Positions 11,339-21,952 are shown, counted from the first letter of the stretch. The stretch is 64,000 nucleotides of DNA from Clostridia bacterium (GCA_045587365.1 JAZNCD010000078.1:3557-67556), one strand, 5' to 3'. Translations and numbers: made by a program. Notes: generated from the letters alone by a model not told the origin.

Positions 11339-11368
11339 GCCCGGGTTTTTCTCGGGCTCTTTTTTTTT
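11339..11368 (+). terminator. Strong plus-strand intrinsic terminator
   Basis: GCCCGGG-ttttt-CTCGGGC followed by TCTTTTTTTTT. The T-run is on the + strand only. Confidence 0.8.
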
Positions 11369-11376
11369 ACAAAAAA

Positions 11377-11613
11377 TTATTTGTTATCAATCATAACAAG
11401 GTCATCACCTATTTTAATTATGTTTTCCCATTTAATTGATTTATCAGATTCCTTACCCAGCAATCCAAAAGCTTTGTACGCACCGGGTACACTTATAGAT
11501 ACAATCTTGCCGGTTGCACTGTCAACTTCAATATCCGATACAAATCCAAGCCTTTCGCCGTCCGCTATATGAATTACCTCTTTTAAACGTAACTCACTAA
11601 ATTTATAAATCAT
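11377..11613 (-). CDS. ylmC: YlmC/YmxH family sporulation protein (PRC-barrel)
   Basis: 78 aa: ...LRLKEVIHIADGERLGFVSDIEVDSATGKIVSISVPG... This is typical of the family. Confidence 0.8.
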   Translation of the reverse strand: MIYKFSELRLKEVIHIADGERLGFVSDIEVDSATGKIVSISVPGAYKAFGLLGKESDKSIKWENIIKIGDDLVMIDNK

Positions 11614-11626
11614 GATATTTCATCCT

Positions 11627-11665
11627 CTCAAAATAAAATTACCTCATTAAAATTTATGAGGTAAT
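11627..11665 (-). terminator. Intrinsic terminator after the 115-aa ORF
   Basis: Minus strand: ATTACCTCAT-aaattttA-ATGAGGTAAT followed by TTTTATTTT. Confidence 0.7.
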
Positions 11666-11685
11666 TAATCTATATATACTTGTAA

Positions 11686-12033
11686 TCATTTATCCACTTG
11701 ACAAATTAGCTTATCTATGTATTCCTCGTATTCATCAGGCAGCATAACTTTTACATAGCTAAAATCTTCTTTGATAATATCAAGGTATCTCTGGGCTATA
11801 TCATTATTTGTACAATTGAGAAGAATTATAAATTCCCCTTCCTTAATTGTCAGTTCAACAGAGCGAATATACGCCTCTAAACCCTCAATATCATCAGATA
11901 CTGTGATTAGTCTATGAATGTGATTTAATTTTGTTTTATCACTTTTTGATAATGTGACTGCTATGTTATATAAAAGCTGAAACACACCATAGACTGCAAG
12001 AAAACACACAAGTATTGCCATAAATACTTCCAT
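11686..12033 (-). CDS. Hypothetical protein with one N-terminal TM helix
   Basis: 115 aa: hydrophobic N-terminus (AILVCFLAVYGVFQLLYNIAV), then an acidic soluble domain. No recognisable motif. Confidence 0.5.
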   Translation of the reverse strand: MEVFMAILVCFLAVYGVFQLLYNIAVTLSKSDKTKLNHIHRLITVSDDIEGLEAYIRSVELTIKEGEFIILLNCTNNDIAQRYLDIIKEDFSYVKVMLPDEYEEYIDKLICQVDK

Positions 12034-12068
12034 AAAATCACCCCTTTACATTATATGCAAAGGGGTGA
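12031..12068 (-). terminator. Hairpin after the HD gene that overlaps the RBS and start of the next ORF
   Basis: Minus strand: TCACCCCTTT-11 nt-AAAGGGGTGA then TTTTATGG. The AGGGG RBS and the ATG (12033) of the 115-aa ORF lie in or next to the 3' arm. Confidence 0.55.
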
Positions 12069-12074
12069 TTTTTG

Positions 12075-13256
12075 TTAAATTCTGAAATAATCAAACAAAG
12101 AGCCAAAATGGATGTCACATATAACCCTGTTTTCATACTTATCACAAAGTTCCCTGTTTCCGGTCTGCAGAGTATTGGTTGTAATACCATAAATATGCGA
12201 AAAATAAGTTTCTATACACGCCGACAGGTGGTCACAACCTCTTATTAATTCACCATCAAGAGGTCTAAATTCTATACTGTTATACTTTTCATCAAGTTCT
12301 TTTGATGATATAATAACCGTTTTTCCGTCTATAACAATCTTGTTTGCAAATTCATCATTTGTATAGTATTCAATTTCCTTTTGCCATTCAAGCGGAATCA
12401 GCGGATACAGAATATTCTTCATCTGGTCCTGTTCGATGCTCTTAATTAAATCATCAAGACCCTCAACGGAATTTTTGACAGGCGATATAATATCTCTTGT
12501 CAGTACCTCGGGTACATCGTGAAACAACCCACCAAAGAAGTTGTTTGAGATTCTGTCATCACAGGCCTTTGTTTCGCATGATAAAAGATATGACAAAATT
12601 GCAACAATATACATATGTCCGCAAACAGAGGTTTCAGGAATACGTGGTGACCGTGACCATCGTTGCTGAAACCTAAGCTCTCCAAGAAGATTTGTAAATC
12701 CCTTATAATCATCGCTTTCTATATACTTTTCAAAGCAATCGAGCCCTTTTAATGATTCAATTTTATCATAAATCTCTTTTCTGGTTTTGTCTACACCATA
12801 GTAATTACGACACATATCATAAATAATATCAAACTCCCACTTGGTCGCAAGATAATGCGCAGCCTCAAGAATTTTCTTTTCCTTTGCCGCATATGTATCG
12901 TCGGTGTAGTATCTTTCCATCTTTTTATAAAAATCATGAGGGATATTTATAACATTATCATAAACAGATGATAAGGCAAGTCTGTTTAACTCCTTGCCCT
13001 TCTCCTCCATAAGTTTATGAAAAATAGGCGGTTTAATATCTGTAAGTACAAGTCTGTGAAGAAACTCAAAAATACCGCCTTCAATCAGTTTAAGTCTGTC
13101 AACATCACCATCAATTTTTGATAAAACATATGCATATATCATCTTGTGAGACTGCTTATCAAGCTCTGTAAAACCTCTCGATGGTCTGATATGGTCATTC
13201 CACCGCTCAATTGATGCTGCTTCAAAAATAAATTCTATCAATGATTTTCTGATCAT
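12075..13256 (-). CDS. HD-domain phosphohydrolase, tandem YfbR-like repeats
   Basis: 393 aa. The C-terminal half has ...RWSRSPRIPETSVCGHMYIVA... and ...GGLFHDVPEVLTRDIISPVK (H...HD...D). The N-terminal half repeats the pattern in degenerate form: ...IERWNDHIRP...QSHKMIYAYV...LHRLVLTDIKPP. Confidence 0.75.
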   Translation of the reverse strand: MIRKSLIEFIFEAASIERWNDHIRPSRGFTELDKQSHKMIYAYVLSKIDGDVDRLKLIEGGIFEFLHRLVLTDIKPPIFHKLMEEKGKELNRLALSSVYDNVINIPHDFYKKMERYYTDDTYAAKEKKILEAAHYLATKWEFDIIYDMCRNYYGVDKTRKEIYDKIESLKGLDCFEKYIESDDYKGFTNLLGELRFQQRWSRSPRIPETSVCGHMYIVAILSYLLSCETKACDDRISNNFFGGLFHDVPEVLTRDIISPVKNSVEGLDDLIKSIEQDQMKNILYPLIPLEWQKEIEYYTNDEFANKIVIDGKTVIISSKELDEKYNSIEFRPLDGELIRGCDHLSACIETYFSHIYGITTNTLQTGNRELCDKYENRVICDIHFGSLFDYFRI

Positions 13257-13279
13257 TCTACTACCTCATAAAAATTGCT

Positions 13280-14653
13280 TTATTCTTCAACTATTGCGTT
13301 TTCAGCCTCATCTTCTGTCTCATCAGCATCACGAATAACAGTTACGCATGCCCATTCAATTCTATGTTCAACAACAGAAGTAACCTTTACAAGCATATTT
13401 TTCGTCTCAAATTCAACGATTTCTCCATCTGCAGGAATAGTTTGAAGCTCATTCAAAATAAAGCCTGCAAAGGTATTATATTCACCGTCTTGTATTTTTA
13501 TAGACAACGCCATTTCTACATCGTCTATCTCAGCAGACCCTGATATCTCCCATGTATCATCGCTAATCTGAACTATTTCCTTCTCTTCGATTTCAGGCTC
13601 GTCATATTCATCATATAACTCCCCGACTATTTCTTCAATAAGGTCTTCCTGGGTAACAATTCCCTGAAATCCACCATATTCGTCCATAACTATACCCATA
13701 TGCTCGTTTTCGCGTTGCATTTTAGAAAAAAGCTCATCCGCCTTTATAGTATCCGGAATAAACCACGCTGGGCGCAAAATGGACATAGCATCATTTTCCC
13801 CTGCAAGTAATAATCTGTAAAAATCACGGCTTCTTACAATCCCCAGAACATCGTCTATGCTCTCGCCACAGACAGGATACCTTGTGTGGTTTGTTTCATC
13901 TACAATTTTTCTCCACTCATCTATACTGTCTTCAGCCCAGAGAATATTAACCTCTGTTCTGTGCGTCATAATTTCGCCGACAGGCTTATCGTCCATTTCG
14001 AATATGTTATGAATCATCTGCTTTTCGTCATCGTCAATAGCACCGCTTTCAGAGCCGATATCGACCATCATACGAATTTCTTCTTCGGTTACCTCTTCGT
14101 CGTTTATATCTTCATCACGAACCCCCAAAATTCTTGATATAAGTCTGGCAACCAGAGAATTAAACCACAAAAACGGATATGCAATTTTACAACTTATCTT
14201 TATGTATATAGATAAGCAAAGAAGTGTTTTTTCAGGATTTTTTGATGCTATTCTTTTCTGCAATAGAATTATAAATATCGCATAAACAAGACAAATAACA
14301 AAAACGCATACAATTATCGAAACAGTGTATAAAGTTAAGGTGCTTATATTTCCAAATATATTTGAAAATATAGCCGCTATGGGTCTTGCAGATAAAATCA
14401 CCGTAAGGGCTGTGATTGATATAATGTAAAAAAGCGACACCAAATCAAGGCAATCCATAGTTTTTGAGGAATTACCATCGAGTAAAGAATATATTCTTTT
14501 TGCGCGTTTATTTCCGTCTTCTGCTCTTTGCTTAATCCACACATCGCTTGCAATAACAACAGCTGTCTTTGCAAGCGAATTTATTACGGATAATACAACA
14601 AAAATAATTAATGTTATTATATGTTGCGGGGGCAACGAATCCAAAGAAATCAA
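13280..14653 (-). CDS. CNNM/DUF21 + CBS pair + CorC_HlyC domain protein (hemolysin-family / Mg-Co efflux type)
   Basis: 457 aa. N-terminal 4-TM DUF21, CBS region (...VGEIMTHRTEV...), C-terminal CorC/HlyC-type domain. Confidence 0.85.
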   Translation of the reverse strand: MISLDSLPPQHIITLIIFVVLSVINSLAKTAVVIASDVWIKQRAEDGNKRAKRIYSLLDGNSSKTMDCLDLVSLFYIISITALTVILSARPIAAIFSNIFGNISTLTLYTVSIIVCVFVICLVYAIFIILLQKRIASKNPEKTLLCLSIYIKISCKIAYPFLWFNSLVARLISRILGVRDEDINDEEVTEEEIRMMVDIGSESGAIDDDEKQMIHNIFEMDDKPVGEIMTHRTEVNILWAEDSIDEWRKIVDETNHTRYPVCGESIDDVLGIVRSRDFYRLLLAGENDAMSILRPAWFIPDTIKADELFSKMQRENEHMGIVMDEYGGFQGIVTQEDLIEEIVGELYDEYDEPEIEEKEIVQISDDTWEISGSAEIDDVEMALSIKIQDGEYNTFAGFILNELQTIPADGEIVEFETKNMLVKVTSVVEHRIEWACVTVIRDADETEDEAENAIVEE

Positions 14654-14712
14654 ATCCTTTCAGTGTATATTACAAATGACATTTTAACATAGTTATATGT
14701 AAATGTCAAAAT

Positions 14713-15822
14713 CTATTCAAGATAATCTTTAAGCTTACGGCTTCTGCTTGGATGTCTGAGTTTTCTCAGGGCTTTTGCTTCAATCTGTCGAATACGTTCA
14801 CGGGTAACGTCAAACTCTTTACCAACTTCTTCAAGCGTTCTGGCTCTGCCATCGTCAAGACCGAATCTAAGCCTTAAAACCTTTTCTTCCCTTGGGGTAA
14901 GGGTGCTCAATACCTCTACAAGCTGTTCCTTTAAAAGGGTAAAGGTAGCCGCATCGGATGGTGCAGGTGCATCCTCATCCTGAATAAAATCAACAAGGTG
15001 GCTGTCTTCTTCCTCGCCGATTGGTGTTTCAAAAGATACAGGCTCCTGTGCTATTTTCATTATCTCTCCTACTTTATCAATAGGCATATTAACTTCTTTT
15101 GCTATTTCCTCAGGCAATGGATCACGACCAAGCTCCTGCACAAGTTGTCTTGATGCACGAACAAGTTTATTTATGGTCTCAACCATATGAACAGGAATTC
15201 GAATGGTACGCGCCTGATCCGCAATAGCTCTTGTAATCGCTTGTCTTATCCACCATGTTGCATAAGTACTGAACTTATAACCTTTGGTATAATCAAACTT
15301 ATCTACGGCTTTAATAAGGCCAAGATTTCCCTCCTGAATAAGATCCAGGAAGAGCATACCTCTGCCCACGTATCTTTTTGCTATAGATACAACAAGTCTG
15401 AGGTTTGCCTCTGCAAGTTTCTTTTTTGCAAGACGATCGCCCTCTGCCATTTTTTGTGCAAGCTCTGCTTCCTCTTCACTGGTCAACAAATCAACCTTGC
15501 CTATTTCTTTGAGATACATACGAACAGGGTCGTCTATGCTGACACCGCTTGGTATAGACATATCAGCAAGTTCTTCTCTTGAAATCTGAATTTCATCGTC
15601 ATCAAGATCAATATCATCGTCATCGATGCTTCCGGCAATCTCAACTCCATGCTTTTCAAGATATTCAAACATTTTTTCTATCTGTTCAGCATCAAGTTCA
15701 AGCTCTTCAAGCTTATCGTTAACCTCTTTGTATTCAAGAACGCCCTTCTTTTTACCTTGTTCAAGCAAACTTTGGAGAACCGTCTTCCTGTTTTGCTTTA
15801 TTACCTTTTTTTCATCATCCAT
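14713..15822 (-). CDS. rpoD: RNA polymerase primary sigma factor
   Basis: ...[27 protein letters not shown]... (region 2.4/3) and ...[30 protein letters not shown] (region 4.2). Confidence 0.96.
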   Translation of the reverse strand: MDDEKKVIKQNRKTVLQSLLEQGKKKGVLEYKEVNDKLEELELDAEQIEKMFEYLEKHGVEIAGSIDDDDIDLDDDEIQISREELADMSIPSGVSIDDPVRMYLKEIGKVDLLTSEEEAELAQKMAEGDRLAKKKLAEANLRLVVSIAKRYVGRGMLFLDLIQEGNLGLIKAVDKFDYTKGYKFSTYATWWIRQAITRAIADQARTIRIPVHMVETINKLVRASRQLVQELGRDPLPEEIAKEVNMPIDKVGEIMKIAQEPVSFETPIGEEEDSHLVDFIQDEDAPAPSDAATFTLLKEQLVEVLSTLTPREEKVLRLRFGLDDGRARTLEEVGKEFDVTRERIRQIEAKALRKLRHPSRSRKLKDYLE

Positions 15823-17662
15823 TATAAGTACCTCCTCCGCGAGTCATTCTGCCGCCTTTGGCTGCAGACGCCCTCTTTTTTAATAAATCATCAAGGTTTT
15901 TTAAATCACCACTGCTTAGCATCTCGTTTTGCTTAAGCTTTGCGCGTGCATTAATCAACGCCTCAATAGGTTGAATACATGCCTTTTTTACATCCTTTGA
16001 ATTTTTATCATTCAATAAAATTTTAGCAACCTTTCCACGCTCTGTTTCATCAAACTGCTCAAGAATTTTTGTTGTATCGGCATGTTCTGCTTCTTCATAC
16101 ATTGCAAAAATAATTTCTGCAAGCCTCTTATGTAAACCATTAACAAAATAGTCGGGGCTTATCTCCTTATCTTTGCAAATTCTATAAACATCTCTGTCAC
16201 ATAACAGACTCAGCAACAATTGCTCTGCATTATACAACTTCAAGTCGCTGTTTTCGGCTTCTTTCTCTTCTTCTCTGGTTTTTCGCCTCATACGTTGCTC
16301 CTCTTGTTTCTCATCGGCTCTTTGTATGCTGCGTCTATGATTATTTACCGATGCCGCAAGGGCTTCATAAGATACGCCTGAGCTTTGGGAAACACGCTTT
16401 GCGTATATTTCATACTCGACAGGATTGGTTATTTCTGCGAGAACTTTTGCAGCCTCTTCGGTAAACTCAATCATATCATCTGAATTTGCAAATGCAGTTT
16501 CGTTGTCACCACCTGCGCTATATTGTTTCTTAATTTCGTCAATTCTATACTCAACAAGAGGTTTTGCGGCTTCAATCAACACGTTAAACATATCTCCGCC
16601 TTTAGATTTTACAAATTCATCAGGGTCTTTTCCGTCTGTAAGTGTCAAAACCTTTGTTTTTATTCCATTTGATGTCAAAATTTTTCCGGCACGCAAAGTC
16701 GCCATTCTGCCTGCATCATCAGAGTCATAACACAAAACGGCTTTTCCGGCATATCGCTTAACAATTTTTGCCTGCTCATCCGTAAAAGCAGTACCAAGGG
16801 ATGCAACTGCATTTGTTATACCCTCCTGATGCAGAGATATAACATCCATATACCCTTCCATCAGCAACAATCTGCCCGACTTGTTATTCTTTGCAAGATT
16901 TAGTCCAAAAAGATTTTCCTTTTTCTTAAAAACAATCGTTTCAGGAGAATTAAGATATTTTCCTGTATTGCTTTTCTCAGTCATTATTCTTCCGCCAAAA
17001 CCTATGACGTTCCCCTGAGCATTAATTATAGGAAACATAACGCGTCCGTCATAAAAGGCATCATAATATGTCCCGTTATCACGCATTTTGGCAAGTCCTG
17101 CTTCGTATATATCGTGCTCTTTGTAACCCTTTTCCTTTAAATAATCTATAAGGCCTGTCCACCCCTCAGGTGCATACCCTAAGCCAAACATCTTAATCGT
17201 TGAATTTTTAATACCTCTGTCCTTAAGATAAGCAAGGGCTTCTTTGCCATTCTCGCCGGCTAAATTAGTATAAAAATACCTCGCCGCCTCGCCGTTTATT
17301 TTGTATATAAGTTGTTTTTTATCAATCGCAGCACCACTTTTGCCAACTGAGCTGCTTTTAAACTCAGGCACCGGAATTCGAGCACGGTCAGCAAGATATT
17401 TAACTGCATCCATAAAATCAAGGTGCTCCGCTGCCATAATAAAATGTATTACATTACCGCCCGCACCGCAACCAAAACAATGAAAAAGCTGCTTATCAGG
17501 CGAAATCGACAGGGATGGTGATTTTTTGTCATTATGTAAAGGGCACAGGGCTGCAAATCTGTTGCCGACACGCTTCATCTTTGCGTATTCACCAATTACA
17601 TCTACAATATCATTTTTATCAACAACTTCATCAATAAAGTCCTGAAAATCAACGTCCGGCAA
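15815..17662 (-). CDS. dnaG: DNA primase
   Basis: CHC2 zinc finger (...[31 protein letters not shown]...) and a TOPRIM domain. TTG start preceded by AAAGGGGTGA. Confidence 0.95.
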   Translation of the reverse strand: MPDVDFQDFIDEVVDKNDIVDVIGEYAKMKRVGNRFAALCPLHNDKKSPSLSISPDKQLFHCFGCGAGGNVIHFIMAAEHLDFMDAVKYLADRARIPVPEFKSSSVGKSGAAIDKKQLIYKINGEAARYFYTNLAGENGKEALAYLKDRGIKNSTIKMFGLGYAPEGWTGLIDYLKEKGYKEHDIYEAGLAKMRDNGTYYDAFYDGRVMFPIINAQGNVIGFGGRIMTEKSNTGKYLNSPETIVFKKKENLFGLNLAKNNKSGRLLLMEGYMDVISLHQEGITNAVASLGTAFTDEQAKIVKRYAGKAVLCYDSDDAGRMATLRAGKILTSNGIKTKVLTLTDGKDPDEFVKSKGGDMFNVLIEAAKPLVEYRIDEIKKQYSAGGDNETAFANSDDMIEFTEEAAKVLAEITNPVEYEIYAKRVSQSSGVSYEALAASVNNHRRSIQRADEKQEEQRMRRKTREEEKEAENSDLKLYNAEQLLLSLLCDRDVYRICKDKEISPDYFVNGLHKRLAEIIFAMYEEAEHADTTKILEQFDETERGKVAKILLNDKNSKDVKKACIQPIEALINARAKLKQNEMLSSGDLKNLDDLLKKRASAAKGGRMTRGGGTYNG

Positions 17663-17746
17663 CTAATTCACCCCTTTCCCAAAATAAACAAGCATATTTC
17701 TTATTATTAGTAATTCGACATAATGTTTGTTTTTCCTTTTGAATAT

Positions 17747-18742
17747 TTAGATTTGCCAGAATTTTGGCACATAAAATTCAGTAAACTTTGAAACCGCATA
17801 TCTGTCACTCATTCCAGCTATATAATCACGAGCCCTGATTTCAACATCGTCATTGCTGCTTTCACTTCCCATATTTGGGATAAGCTCAGGATGCTTGATA
17901 TACATATTATAAAGTCCGATAATTACATCCTTTGCCTTTCTCTCTTCTACCTGAGGCTCTGATGAAACATAAACATTTTTAAACATAAACTCACGAAGTC
18001 CCATCATTGCATCAAAAATATCATCCTGCATAAAAACATTATCTTTTTGCTCGCTGGCTGATATCACCGCGTAAATCATTGTATTTATTCTCTTTGAGTG
18101 TCTATCTCCCAGGATTTTCAAAAACCTATCAGGAATATCATCATTGGACAGAACTCCTCCCCTTATTGCATCATCTATGTCATGATTTATGTATGCAATT
18201 TTATCCGACAGGGCAACAACTTGCCCTTCAAGGGTTGATGGTTTTTTATCTCCTGTATGACAGAGAATCCCGTCACGGACTTCCCATGTTAGATTAAGCC
18301 CTCCCTGGCGTTCCAAAACATCAACAATCCTGAGACTTTGCTCGTTATGACGAAATCCATATTTACATATTTCGTTTAAAACCTTCTCACCCATATGGCC
18401 AAAAGGTGTATGTCCTAAATCGTGACCGAGAGAAATCGCCTCTGTCAAATCCTCGTTAAGGCCAAGAGCCCTTGATATTGTTCGGGCAATCTGTGATACC
18501 TCAAGGGTATGAGTAAGTCGTGTACGATAGTGGTCTCCTGCCGGAGAAAGAAAAACCTGTGTCTTATGCTTAAGACGCCTGAAAGCCTTTGAATGAACAA
18601 CTCTGTCACGGTCACGCTGATATTCTGTCCGTATTTCACAAAGAGGCTCTTCTTTCTCTCTTCCTCTCGTATCTTTACTTTTTGATGCATATTCTGACAA
18701 AAATTGCTCTTCTCTGTCTTCTGTTATCATACGTAAATTCAT
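17747..18742 (-). CDS. dgt: dGTP triphosphohydrolase-like HD protein
   Basis: ...RTRLTHTLEVSQIARTI...GHDLGHTPFGH... The dgt-dnaG-rpoD order is conserved in Clostridia. Confidence 0.88.
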   Translation of the reverse strand: MNLRMITEDREEQFLSEYASKSKDTRGREKEEPLCEIRTEYQRDRDRVVHSKAFRRLKHKTQVFLSPAGDHYRTRLTHTLEVSQIARTISRALGLNEDLTEAISLGHDLGHTPFGHMGEKVLNEICKYGFRHNEQSLRIVDVLERQGGLNLTWEVRDGILCHTGDKKPSTLEGQVVALSDKIAYINHDIDDAIRGGVLSNDDIPDRFLKILGDRHSKRINTMIYAVISASEQKDNVFMQDDIFDAMMGLREFMFKNVYVSSEPQVEERKAKDVIIGLYNMYIKHPELIPNMGSESSNDDVEIRARDYIAGMSDRYAVSKFTEFYVPKFWQI

Positions 18743-18904
18743 TATTAATCAACTCCTTCGTGATTATAGAATTTAAAATGAATTATATGTCCTTAATATA
18801 ATTCTGCATAAATTTTCCTATTCCTTTTAAATATTGACAAAATTCCTAATTTATTATATTCTTTTTATGGCATTATTTGATTTTTATTATTTAAGGAGTT
18901 ATAT

Positions 18905-19609
18905 ATGTTGACAAATCCACCGGCACTAACCCCAAGACTATTGACAATTGCAAATGAAATTACCAACTGCAATTGTTTTGCAGATATTGGCACTGACCAT
19001 GCTTATCTTCCTGTCTATATGTGTATAACGAAAAGATGTAACAGAGCAATTGCTTCGGACATAAATAAAGGCCCGCTTATGCGAGCCGAAAAAACAGTTT
19101 TGGAATATGGATTGTCAGATTATATATCTCTTCGTCTTGGCGGAGGGCTTGATTCTCTTGAAGAAAACGAAGCGGACGCAGTTGTTATCGCAGGAATGGG
19201 CGGTTTACTTATTGCAAACATATTAGATAATGGCATTTTGAAATTAAAGATGGCTAATAAAATTATTATACAACCTATGTCTTCAATCCCTGAACTACGT
19301 GAACATCTGTATAATAAAGGTTGGAAAATTACAAAAGAAAGTCTGGCTAAAGAAGATGAAAAAATATACAACATAATAACAATTGAGGCTCCTGACGATA
19401 ACTCTGTCGGCTATACCCCGACTTCTGCCGAGTTATTTGTTGGTAAATATTTAATTGAAAACAAGCCGGAATATTTTGAAGAATATTTAGAAAAGCAAAT
19501 AAATAAAGTGCGTAATATGACAGATGGGCTAAAACTATCAAACAACGCAGCTACTGCAAAAAAAAATGAATACTATACAAATCTTTTAAACGAGCTTGAA
19601 AATATGTAA
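18905..19609 (+). CDS. trmK: tRNA (adenine22-N1)-methyltransferase
   Basis: ...ADIGTDHAYLPVY...ASDINKGPL...VIAGMGGLLIANIL... Confidence 0.85.
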   Translation: MLTNPPALTPRLLTIANEITNCNCFADIGTDHAYLPVYMCITKRCNRAIASDINKGPLMRAEKTVLEYGLSDYISLRLGGGLDSLEENEADAVVIAGMGGLLIANILDNGILKLKMANKIIIQPMSSIPELREHLYNKGWKITKESLAKEDEKIYNIITIEAPDDNSVGYTPTSAELFVGKYLIENKPEYFEEYLEKQINKVRNMTDGLKLSNNAATAKKNEYYTNLLNELENM

Positions 19610-19627
19610 TATACGGAGGAAAGTATT

Positions 19628-20422
19628 ATGTATAAAGTAAAGGATATATCAAATATCATAGAAAAACTTGCACCTGTTTCTCTTGCCGAGAAATGGGACA
19701 ACGTCGGACTTATGGTGGGCGATTTAGAAAAGAACATCAGAAAGGTTTATATATGCCTTGATGTAACCTCAGAAAATGTGAACAATGCAATAAACCTGGG
19801 TGCCGATATGATAATTTCTCATCATCCTCTGATTTTTACTCCTCTTAAACAAATCACAGAGGACACAACAACAGGAAGTATCATCCGCACGATAATCAAA
19901 AATGATATTGCTGTATATTCCGCACATACAAATCTTGATAACGCAAATGGCGGAATGAACGATATACTTGCCGAAAAATTGGGGCTTGAAAATATACGTC
20001 CTTTCACAGATGAAGAATGTATTGACGGCAACGGAAATCCGCTTGACAATATCGGCAGGATTGGTTACCTTGATTCACCTATTGAGCTTGATGATTTTAA
20101 AAGTCTTGTAAAAAGTATTCTCGGTTGTCGAAGCATACGCTCTGTTGGTGATCCGTCTGAGGCAATTCATACAGTTGCACTTTGCAGCGGTGCCGGCGGA
20201 GATGGCATATACTCTGCATACCACGCAGGTGCCGATGTATATGTTACATCGGACATTCGCCACCACGAGGCACAACTTGCATTTGAGCTTGGAATCAATT
20301 TAATTGACGCAGGACATTTCGAAACAGAAAACATAATTTGCGAATTTTTGACTGATTATTTACAGGATAATTTGCCTGATCTTGAAATTATTGTATCGGA
20401 TGCCGTACCTTATTTTTCATAA
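19628..20422 (+). CDS. Nif3-like dinuclear metal-centre protein (YqfO family)
   Basis: ...WDNVGLMVGD...ISHHPLIF...HTNLD...GHFETE... Adjacent to trmK, as in Bacillus yqfN-yqfO. Confidence 0.88.
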   Translation: MYKVKDISNIIEKLAPVSLAEKWDNVGLMVGDLEKNIRKVYICLDVTSENVNNAINLGADMIISHHPLIFTPLKQITEDTTTGSIIRTIIKNDIAVYSAHTNLDNANGGMNDILAEKLGLENIRPFTDEECIDGNGNPLDNIGRIGYLDSPIELDDFKSLVKSILGCRSIRSVGDPSEAIHTVALCSGAGGDGIYSAYHAGADVYVTSDIRHHEAQLAFELGINLIDAGHFETENIICEFLTDYLQDNLPDLEIIVSDAVPYFS

Positions 20423-21498
20423 CGGTCAAAAATCTTTGCAACTATTACTACTATGAGCATTGAAACAGCGCAAAACGCAACTGTTATTATTGACAGCGCA
20501 AACAACTGCCGCGGCGTATATGCAGATACCCCGGATAAAGAGGTACTTGAAAATGTTTCTCTGCTAAATGGTATAAGTCGTATCAAGATATATGTAAGTA
20601 CAAAGGCTATTAGTCCTTGTATTATTTTCCCTAATATATATGGCAGGACAGATAATCCCGAGCTTTCTGTTACTGCGTACACCTGCGCCATTACAGATAT
20701 GCCCGAAAACGCAGTTGCAAAGGCAACAATTGGTGCGATATATATATTGTTATTCACAGATATAAGTTCGTTTAGACCACCTACTATCTCAAATAGGGAA
20801 TATATATATCCACGCCACCTAAAATCAGGGATTTTAGCTGTAAAAACCGCAAAAATTATTATAAATCCACATATAGTAAGTATTGAATTTACAGATTTAA
20901 CTATTGCCGCCCCAATGTCCGGGGCGGCAATTTTTATTTCACTTTCATTTCTTGCAGGAGGCAAAACATTTTGTTTTACTTTACTAATCTTATAATTTCT
21001 AAAAATCATACCACATATAATTGCCGATAATATATTTACTGCATAAATTAAAACACCAAGTTTGTAATTTTCAAACATTTTAATACCTATCCCGCCTATA
21101 ATAAACATCGGGCCCGAATTATTACAAAAAACAAGTAATTTTTCCGCATCCTGACGGCTTATCTCACCAGCCTGATAAAGAGACGACGCACATATTGCCC
21201 CAACAGGATAACCACTGACAATTCCAAGAACAAATGCAAGTGCACCTGCCCCTGATACGCCGAAAAACGGCCTCATTATCTTAGAAAAAGTTTTTTCCAT
21301 TATTCTTGCTGCACCGAGAGCTATAAACATATTTCCGCAAAAAATGAATGGAAAAAGAGATGGTATTACAACATCCGAACATACATTCAACGCCTTTTCT
21401 GCAGCCGAAACGCACACCGTCGGCGATGCAATCATAATTGATGCCATATAAGTTATGCACACAAAGATAGTCCCTTTAAGAGCATAATTATGAGCCAT
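20410..21498 (-). CDS. ylbJ: Sporulation integral membrane protein YlbJ (nucleoside-recognition domain)
   Basis: About 362 aa polytopic protein. ATG 21498 lies 6 nt after AGGAGG and is preferred over the track start at 21519. Confidence 0.65.
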   Translation of the reverse strand: MAHNYALKGTIFVCITYMASIMIASPTVCVSAAEKALNVCSDVVIPSLFPFIFCGNMFIALGAARIMEKTFSKIMRPFFGVSGAGALAFVLGIVSGYPVGAICASSLYQAGEISRQDAEKLLVFCNNSGPMFIIGGIGIKMFENYKLGVLIYAVNILSAIICGMIFRNYKISKVKQNVLPPARNESEIKIAAPDIGAAIVKSVNSILTICGFIIIFAVFTAKIPDFRWRGYIYSLFEIVGGLNELISVNNNIYIAPIVAFATAFSGISVMAQVYAVTESSGLSVLPYILGKIIQGLIAFVLTYILIRLIPFSRETFSSTSLSGVSAYTPRQLFALSIITVAFCAVSMLIVVIVAKIFDRYEK

Positions 21499-21627
21499 AT
21501 GCCGCCTCCTTATACACAAATTGCTTATCCCCTTTTAGAATATCTATTCTGTCGGCATGTTTCTTATTCATTTTTTGATTTATCAGTGCATAAAAATAGT
21601 CTATAAACCTCAGAGAAGGAGAGTGTT

Positions 21628-21921
21628 ATGTTACGACGTAAAAACAATTCAAAATTGTCAATCAGGGAAAAAATAGCAGATGCTATTGACATATCAAAAG
21701 ATGTAATATTAGATACCATTCTTATAAAAGCAATAGGTAACAAGGAGATAACAATAGAAAATTATAAAGGAATACTGGAATATAGCAGTGTATGTATATT
21801 AATAAAAGCAAAGCCTAAAAATGCTAAGGTCAGTGGAAAAAATTTAGAGATTGGGACAATAACCGAGGAAATGCTTTTCATCTCAGGGAATATAAGTGAT
21901 ATTTCTTTTACCGATAATTAA
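21628..21921 (+). CDS. yqfC: Sporulation protein YqfC (YabP/YqfC family)
   Basis: 97 aa: ...ITIENYKGILEYSS...; immediately upstream of yqfD. Confidence 0.8.
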   Translation: MLRRKNNSKLSIREKIADAIDISKDVILDTILIKAIGNKEITIENYKGILEYSSVCILIKAKPKNAKVSGKNLEIGTITEEMLFISGNISDISFTDN

Positions 21922-21952
21922 CCTGTTTAATCGAGAGGATGCGATGTAAAAA

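Noticed and set aside
21540-21627. Sigma-E type sporulation promoter upstream of yqfC (…CATAAAAAT…)
   Set aside because: It only loosely resembles the -10 CATAcanT box and has no convincing -35 box. It is plausible biologically but the sequence alone does not support it.
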